Shown here: in pieces, positions 58,008 through 64,000 of the stretch
Numbering within the stretch: the stretch's first letter is position 1
How the letters are laid out: every line of letters begins with the position of its first letter
From: an uncultured Gammaproteobacteria bacterium
Lineage (GTDB): Bacteria > Patescibacteriota > Patescibacteriia > UBA9934 > GWF2-40-263
DNA length: 64,000 nt
Reading direction: 5' to 3'
NCBI GenBank assembly: GCA_964402425.1
Contig: CAYOCD010000001.1
Coordinates: 82,934-146,933 of the forward strand
Program-made: the position numbers and the translations under genes
The notes under the pieces: generated by a model
Told to the model about the DNA's origin: nothing
Databases searched by the model: none
The model's input: only the letters and a program-made list of their open reading frames with translations

Positions 58008-58119
58008 AAATTTTTCACTTCCTTTCAGTGGTTACGAATAATGGCGAAATAATACAGAAAATAGGCGAATGCGTCAAGAACCTCAAACCTGTCTACAAAC
58101 AAGAGGATCTTAACGAATT

Positions 58120-58650
58120 TTAGCGAGATGCTGTAATCGTTGTGGTTGTAGCAGCTTCAGATTCACAGGCTGTAACGGTTGCGATTCCATTTGAATCAAC
58201 GGAGAGTGCGTATCCTGTTCCTTTTGAGGATCCGCTATCCCAAGTTGTTGCACCTTTTGGACTAATTGGAACGCTCTTCAAGTATCCTCCCGAAACAAGA
58301 CCAGTCAAATCTACACAGTTACCGGTTGCTGCGATTGTTGCGTCACATGTTGAATTACAACCAGACGCCATCGGTTCTCCTGTAATCATGTAATTTGTTC
58401 CGGCTGTTAATGCTGCAACAGAAGCAAGATACGATCCCCCATTATCAACTTGCTGCAATTTAATAGCCGATAAAACTTCTTGCACGGCATTTTGTCTCAC
58501 AGAATCACGAGCTTGTTGAAAACGTGCTGCTGGATTTAACGCCACAAAAATAACCCCGACCAAAACTCCCACAATAGCAATAACAACAAGAAGCTCGATT
58601 AAGGTAAACCCTTCATTTGAACGCATGACGGACACTTTTTGAGTATTCAT
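58120..58650 (-). CDS. Type IV pilin
   Basis: 'GFTLIELLVVIAIVGVL...ARDSVR'. Confidence 0.9.
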   Translation of the reverse strand: MNTQKVSVMRSNEGFTLIELLVVIAIVGVLVGVIFVALNPAARFQQARDSVRQNAVQEVLSAIKLQQVDNGGSYLASVAALTAGTNYMITGEPMASGCNSTCDATIAATGNCVDLTGLVSGGYLKSVPISPKGATTWDSGSSKGTGYALSVDSNGIATVTACESEAATTTTITASR

Positions 58651-59642
58651 ACTGACACATTAAAAAAATTATGTTGAGAGATATATGTATGAGGCTGCGC
58701 CGCACGAAGCCCCGCACCAATGGACGCCGCAAAAATCTGACATTCGGTTTTTTTCATTTTTGAATGTTTTAACAAGTCTCCTGCGTATGAGGGAGAAATC
58801 TGCGGAAGACGTGTTTTGATTGCTTGAACCATGTTTGCCGTCCGCGCCTCTGTTCCGGCAAGCAAAAACAGATTCACAAAATAATTCTGCGACTGGAAGT
58901 ATAACACGGCTCCTTCTGTTATCCCAATCAAACTATCCACAATCTCATCCAAAAGCTCACCCGGAATATTTGCAGAAATGTTCTGTTGTTTATAAGAAAT
59001 TGTACGAGAAAATAGACGCGATCCGTTTTGTGTACAAAATGAAAGTGTAGCCCATGCATGTCCAATATCTAAAACGCCGTCACACATTTTTTGATCACGT
59101 TTTTTGACAGCCGTTTTCTGAAACACGTGCTTTAAACGAAAAATAGATTGGATATTTGATTCAATCGCCATGAGATGCAACCCAGTTTCAACAAAACTTG
59201 TTTCAATCCCCTGAACAACAGGTGCATCAACAGCATAAACGGTTGTCTGTACCTCTTGCGATTCTTTTTCTCCAAACGAAACATCTATACGAGCAGATTC
59301 AAAATTCAACGGAATTTCTTTTTGCGCACGCACGTGCGCCAACTCTTCCAACTCTTCTTTTTTTAATGTGGCATCTGATAAAAACGAATGAGAAAATACG
59401 CGCGATTCTGGAATCAAACAAACCGTGCGCATGTGCTTTGTTGAAAGCCCCATTTCAGATACGGTTTTTTTCACAATAGCCTGAAAGGCTTTTGTATCCA
59501 CAATCTGTTCATCAAGCACAATCCCTTCATCTAAAACAACTTCCTTACACTGAAGAACATGACCAAAAAGACCAACATGTGCAAAACGCACATGGTGTTC
59601 GGAAAAATCAATGCCTATTCCTGAAAAATATTTTTCAAACAT
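58647..59642 (-). CDS. PilM-like actin-fold pilus assembly protein
   Basis: 'IGIDFS', 'LDIG', 'LLAG', 'SIGAGLR'; in a pilus cluster. Confidence 0.7.
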   Translation of the reverse strand: MFEKYFSGIGIDFSEHHVRFAHVGLFGHVLQCKEVVLDEGIVLDEQIVDTKAFQAIVKKTVSEMGLSTKHMRTVCLIPESRVFSHSFLSDATLKKEELEELAHVRAQKEIPLNFESARIDVSFGEKESQEVQTTVYAVDAPVVQGIETSFVETGLHLMAIESNIQSIFRLKHVFQKTAVKKRDQKMCDGVLDIGHAWATLSFCTQNGSRLFSRTISYKQQNISANIPGELLDEIVDSLIGITEGAVLYFQSQNYFVNLFLLAGTEARTANMVQAIKTRLPQISPSYAGDLLKHSKMKKTECQIFAASIGAGLRAAQPHTYISQHNFFNVSV

Positions 59643-59645
59643 ACG

Positions 59646-60044
59646 TTAATCAACTTCTTGCCAACTCGTTAATGTAACAAGCGAACCTGATTTTACAAGA
59701 GTTGTTTGCAAACGCCGCGTATATGGCCCTGTAACGGATGAAATATTTACCGTACAGCTCCCGCAAGGAGTTCCCTGAACCACAATTGTACAAACAGCAT
59801 TTCCAACAGGAAGAGTGCCGCCATTATAACTTGCATTTCGTTTAATGCGAAGGATGGCTTCTTCTGCACAACTCTCGGCAGACATAATCGATTCAGTACT
59901 TCGCCATTCAGAATACCCTGTCTCTAAATCATCCACTCCAAAAAACATCACTCCACCCAACATCAGTGAAATAATAGCAAGAACAATCATCACAACAATG
60001 AGTCCAGCTGATCCAGTTTGATTAGAGCGAAGAGATGACAACAT
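59646..60044 (-). CDS. Minor pilin (PilX-like)
   Basis: 'QTGSAGLIVV...AESCAEEAILRI...SWQEV'. Confidence 0.7.
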   Translation of the reverse strand: MLSSLRSNQTGSAGLIVVMIVLAIISLMLGGVMFFGVDDLETGYSEWRSTESIMSAESCAEEAILRIKRNASYNGGTLPVGNAVCTIVVQGTPCGSCTVNISSVTGPYTRRLQTTLVKSGSLVTLTSWQEVD

Positions 60045-60046
60045 AC

Positions 60047-60568
60047 TCAAGGGAGAGGTGGAATGCGAAATGAGGACTGAAATGATTTTGTTGCAGAATA
60101 AAAGGGGGTATTCGATGGGTTGAGCGTAGATAAATCCCATTCTGCCCGTACAACCCCTTTATCTTTTACTGTTGTAAGATTTGTAAACACAAGATTTGTC
60201 ACAGAAATCTTTGCGGTTGTTAGAGAAACAAACGCACCCCCTTGTTCACTCACTTCAAGTGTGCCGTTATCTTGATTAAGCCTGAATACGGTTGGATTTT
60301 TAAGAGGGTCAATCATTTCAAGCGAAAGAACACCTGGATCCGTCCCAAAAACAGAAGATCCAACTTGGATGGATTTTGCATGGCGCACAGCGTCTGAAAG
60401 ACGTTCTTCAAACAAACGTGAGGAATGCATAATTTCTGATTGTGCTTGGATTTTTACTCGTGCATTCATGAGCTGCATGACAAAGGAAGATAGGGTTACC
60501 AAAATAAACCCAATGAGGGATACGTATAAAATGGCTTCAAATAATGTAAACCCTTTTTGATTACGCAT
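60047..60568 (-). CDS. Minor pilin
   Basis: 'NQKGFTLFEAILY' prepilin site. Confidence 0.85.
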   Translation of the reverse strand: MRNQKGFTLFEAILYVSLIGFILVTLSSFVMQLMNARVKIQAQSEIMHSSRLFEERLSDAVRHAKSIQVGSSVFGTDPGVLSLEMIDPLKNPTVFRLNQDNGTLEVSEQGGAFVSLTTAKISVTNLVFTNLTTVKDKGVVRAEWDLSTLNPSNTPFYSATKSFQSSFRIPPLP

Positions 60569-60569
60569 A

Positions 60570-63407
60570 TTACGGAGAATAAGAGGCGCTCACATCTAAC
60601 AGACTTGGTGCGTTTGATCCATCACCAGATAAAATAGCCTGAAATTGGATCCAGCGTTTTCCTGTTGCCGCAGGGTCTGTCACCACAGCTGTTCCTGAAA
60701 CGGTATAATGTGAGGCAGATGTTCCGAGTGGACCAACCCATTTTGCTGTTTGAAGATTCGCTTCTGAATCCGCTGTCCGGATCATGAACTCAACCGTTCC
60801 CGTTCCAGACGTGGTCCATTCAAGCGAATCCCATGTAGCAACAGACGTTGCATCATACGCCTGAGAAGTAAAAATAGCTTCATGTGCATAATTTGGAAGT
60901 GTGAGGGGTCCCAAAATCTGAAGTGTTTGTGTTGTACTAGATGTAACCACGAAAACAGTTGATCCTTTATCGATAATTTCAACCCCACTTGATCCTAAAT
61001 TTTCTATTGAAACAAGAAGGGGGCTTGCGGGATTTGAAATATCCCATCGTTGATACTGTGCACCTGTTTGTGCCGTTGCTACCTGTAACGCACTACTATC
61101 TGTTTGCGAAAGTCCGACAACATCCCCTGTCGTTTGTGCTGATCCAAGCAAAGAAGGAGTCGCAGAGGTAATGTTCAACAGCGAAATCTCTGGATCCGTA
61201 CCATTTAATCGTCCCAAAGCAAGCGTAGAAGAATAAATCGAAATAGCCGCACCATCTTGGTTTCCAGAAGCATTATAAAGGGAAAGTACGGAGGGTGCGG
61301 AAGGTGTCGCAATATTTACAATGGCTATTTCCCCTGAATTGTTTGTAGATGCAGCATATAATCTTGTGGAATAAATACCGAGATCTAAGATATTTCCTGT
61401 TAAGTTCACACTCCCAATAACAGATGGCGTAGCTGGGTTTGTGATATTCACAACATACATCTCTGGACTTGAACTTGTATTGACCCCCACATACAAGTTT
61501 GTTCCTGATAAAGCCAGAGCGTTAGCCGCTTGTGAACCGGAAAGATTAACGCTTGATATCAGTGTTGGTGCCGCCTTATTTGTGATATTCAAAATTCTCA
61601 CTTCAGAAGATGTATTTGCTGTTGCAAGATAGGCATAATTTCCGCTTACAATAATACGATTAACCGATGATCCAACCAGATACGACCCAACATACGTCGG
61701 CGTGCTTGGATTTGAGATATTATAAATCGTAAATTCAGGTTTTGAACTTCCCGATGTTGTTCCAACGTATGCGTAAATACCATCCACAAACAAAGCAGAA
61801 CCTGGGCGAGGATTACTTTGGTTTATTGTGCTCGACACCTGCGGATTACTCCACCCTGCGTTTATCACGCCATACACAAGTATTTCCGAACTGTTGTCAT
61901 CGCTTCCGAAATAAACATTTGTTCCGTAAATAGCCGCAACTTTTCCACCTCCGGCAACCGAAGCATCTATTGTCTGATAAAGAGCGAGGGTTGCAGGATC
62001 CACAAGCACAAGTTCATTTGTCAAACCACTCGTTGCAAGCGCAAGGGTTGTTTTTTGTTTATTAAAGGATATTTTATTTACAGATGAACCAAGCTCAAGT
62101 CCACTCAATGTTGGCATACCGTTTTCAGGCATAGAGCCATCCAATCGCACAAATTCAACACCCGCCCCAGACGCACGACCAACAAAGATCGTCGTTCCAT
62201 CTACGGCAACAGAAAGAGCGTCTGTTGCCGTAGGCATATCAAGCGTATTCAAAATCGACATTGTTAATGCCTGTATCGCTGTAAGCTCTGCCGAATTTGC
62301 ATTTGATACAACAAAGACATGTTGATGATTCAATGCAATACTCGTTACATCATATCCAAGCTCCGTACTTCCAATAAGCGCAGGAGTGACTGGATTTGTT
62401 ATGTCATAATAAAACACCTCTTGTGTACTCACACTGCTCATACGCCCAATCACGAGCCAGTTTCCATTCAGAGCTAAAGCTGTTGCCTTTGCATTTTGCG
62501 GAAGATCGATCGTTGCGACCGTAGCCATGGTAAATAAATCCACGACCACAATTTCCGCTCCTTCTGAACCATCATCATCCGCTGACACAATGACATAATC
62601 CCCTTTGACAACAAAACTTGTTCCTTGCGTTATGTTTTTTCCTCGTAACAAGACAGGTGCTGCATTTGAAATATTTGAAGCATCATAAACCTGCAGTTCA
62701 TTTCCAGTAGTTGAGTCTTGTAATGTAATGAGTACATTATGCGATTCATCAAAAAACATGTCGATCATGTCACCAGATCCATTTGCGTTTATACCGAATC
62801 GTGATCCTATGCTATTCCAGTTTGCACTTGCCGGAGCAAGAGTCACCTCCCCTCCGGAAATTGTTGTTGCGACAGAACCGTTATTGATTCCCGCGCTAAA
62901 ATCTGCAAGGAGTGTTTGTACCCACGCCAAAGAAGTCCAGTTTGTAATGTAAAAAACGGAAGTCAAACTTTTTACCTTTGATGCAAACAGTGTCCAAATA
63001 ACGTTGATAGATACTTTTTTTGTTTTTGTATCCAAAACACCCGTAGGGGCGATGTCCCCCGTTAAACTTCCGTTTCTATAAACATCCTCAACCATCACCG
63101 TTCGTGTAAATCCACCAGGTAAAGATTCAGACGTGCCGCTAAATTCAAATTTGGATCCGTTTGTTGTGAGTCCATGTGCACCATTTGTGACATTTGCCCA
63201 TGCTTGATCACGAATAGATCTCACAGCTTCCAACCCTTCCCCCATGTACCCACGCGCAACAATATAATCACCCCCCTGTTTTGAGGAATGCAATCCGGAA
63301 AGAAGCGTGGAAACAATTCCTGTTCCGATAACCGCAAAAAGACCGGTGATCAAAATGATCTCGATCATGGACTCTCCTTTTTGATTATTCAATCTTGCCC
63401 GCAGCAT
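60570..63407 (-). CDS. Large minor pilin with LVIVD-like beta-propeller repeats
   Basis: 'QKGESMIEIIL' prepilin; repeated 'GNYAYLA...ILNITN..P' units. Confidence 0.8.
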   Translation of the reverse strand: MLRARLNNQKGESMIEIILITGLFAVIGTGIVSTLLSGLHSSKQGGDYIVARGYMGEGLEAVRSIRDQAWANVTNGAHGLTTNGSKFEFSGTSESLPGGFTRTVMVEDVYRNGSLTGDIAPTGVLDTKTKKVSINVIWTLFASKVKSLTSVFYITNWTSLAWVQTLLADFSAGINNGSVATTISGGEVTLAPASANWNSIGSRFGINANGSGDMIDMFFDESHNVLITLQDSTTGNELQVYDASNISNAAPVLLRGKNITQGTSFVVKGDYVIVSADDDGSEGAEIVVVDLFTMATVATIDLPQNAKATALALNGNWLVIGRMSSVSTQEVFYYDITNPVTPALIGSTELGYDVTSIALNHQHVFVVSNANSAELTAIQALTMSILNTLDMPTATDALSVAVDGTTIFVGRASGAGVEFVRLDGSMPENGMPTLSGLELGSSVNKISFNKQKTTLALATSGLTNELVLVDPATLALYQTIDASVAGGGKVAAIYGTNVYFGSDDNSSEILVYGVINAGWSNPQVSSTINQSNPRPGSALFVDGIYAYVGTTSGSSKPEFTIYNISNPSTPTYVGSYLVGSSVNRIIVSGNYAYLATANTSSEVRILNITNKAAPTLISSVNLSGSQAANALALSGTNLYVGVNTSSSPEMYVVNITNPATPSVIGSVNLTGNILDLGIYSTRLYAASTNNSGEIAIVNIATPSAPSVLSLYNASGNQDGAAISIYSSTLALGRLNGTDPEISLLNITSATPSLLGSAQTTGDVVGLSQTDSSALQVATAQTGAQYQRWDISNPASPLLVSIENLGSSGVEIIDKGSTVFVVTSSTTQTLQILGPLTLPNYAHEAIFTSQAYDATSVATWDSLEWTTSGTGTVEFMIRTADSEANLQTAKWVGPLGTSASHYTVSGTAVVTDPAATGKRWIQFQAILSGDGSNAPSLLDVSASYSP

Positions 63408-63819
63408 TCAGGTTTAAAGTTATGGTTTTACCCGTTGATCCTTGTGTAAGAACAATATCACCTGTTGTACTTGGAGTTCCTGTGCGTGCCGAAAACAGCA
63501 CTTCCGTAAGCCCCGATAATACCAGATCTTCCGGAAAAGAATGTGCTTGATCAAGTGCTGTCACACGTGCCGCATACGTATCCCCTGCAAACAAGACCAT
63601 CTGCGAAGCATTAAACTTAACCCCCCATGTTTCATCTTTTGTTCCTGTAATTGCTTTACTTTGCGCCCGACGAACGGTTTGTAAAACAATGGCGGATTCT
63701 ATGGAAAGTTGCGTGCGTGGAAACGCAGCAACAGACAAAGACCCAACGATTGAAAATAAAATCGCTGAAATGGTAAGAACGATAATCAACTCAATAAGGG
63801 TAAAACCTTTTTGATTCAT
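63385..63819 (-). CDS. Minor pilin (FimT/GspH-like)
   Basis: 'MNQKGFTLIELII...RRAQSKA'. Confidence 0.85.
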   Translation of the reverse strand: MNQKGFTLIELIIVLTISAILFSIVGSLSVAAFPRTQLSIESAIVLQTVRRAQSKAITGTKDETWGVKFNASQMVLFAGDTYAARVTALDQAHSFPEDLVLSGLTEVLFSARTGTPSTTGDIVLTQGSTGKTITLNLNAAGKIE

Positions 63820-63820
63820 A

Positions 63821-64000
63821 CTAAGCTGTAAGTCCGTTTGTGATGGAATAAATTGGAGTGAAAATGGCAAGGGCAATAAATCCCACACACAATCCAACAA
63901 ACAAAAGCAACAAAGGCTCAATAATACTCGAAATATTCTTTGCTTGAATTTCTACCTTTTGTTCATAAAATCGAGCAAGATACAAAAGGGCCTTACTCAG
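63821..64000 (-). CDS. PilC/GspF-family platform protein, C-terminal fragment
   Basis: Read by hand: LSKALLYLARFYEQKV...IIEPLLLLFVG...AIFTPIY. Confidence 0.85.
   Translation of the reverse strand: MSKALLYLARFYEQKVEIQAKNISSIIEPLLLLFVGLCVGFIALAIFTPIYSITNGLTA

Overview
This is an AT-rich bacterial chromosome segment that looks like Patescibacteria/CPR; the assignment is inferred from gene content (S-layer-like protein, DUF5667 anti-sigma, VirB2-like 'pilin'-headed giant proteins, type IV pilus cluster). Core content: ECF sigma/anti-sigma pair, glycan genes, a Fur/Zur-CooC divergon, tmRNA and smpB, infC-rpmI-rplT, tRNA-Asp, pyk, htrA, nrdR, ftsZ/ftsA, dgkA/ybeY, a 3217-aa Cys-rich surface protein, yqeY/rpsU and pilins. 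The most striking feature is that genes fall into two classes. Core genes almost all start at ...T-ATG with no Shine-Dalgarno (SD). Ten orphan/accessory genes carry GGAG/AGGA SDs, and most also have their own TTGAC(A/C)-17-TAnnnT promoter and a terminator. They include a GC-rich cluster of five myxobacterial-style Cys/Asp-repeat secreted proteins: four lipoproteins (one with a somatomedin-B domain) and one with a predicted outer-membrane beta-barrel. Two unrelated orphans end in the identical peptide SRCGACP. Next to the cluster is a promoter-driven non-coding hairpin RNA whose loop shows the anti-SD sequence CCUCCU, and rpsU also has an SD-like leader. A second system is a family of 9-nt-periodic purine/pyrimidine inverted repeats at gene junctions; one copy encloses a four-helix-bundle gene. 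All calls are by eye; no searches or folding programs were run.
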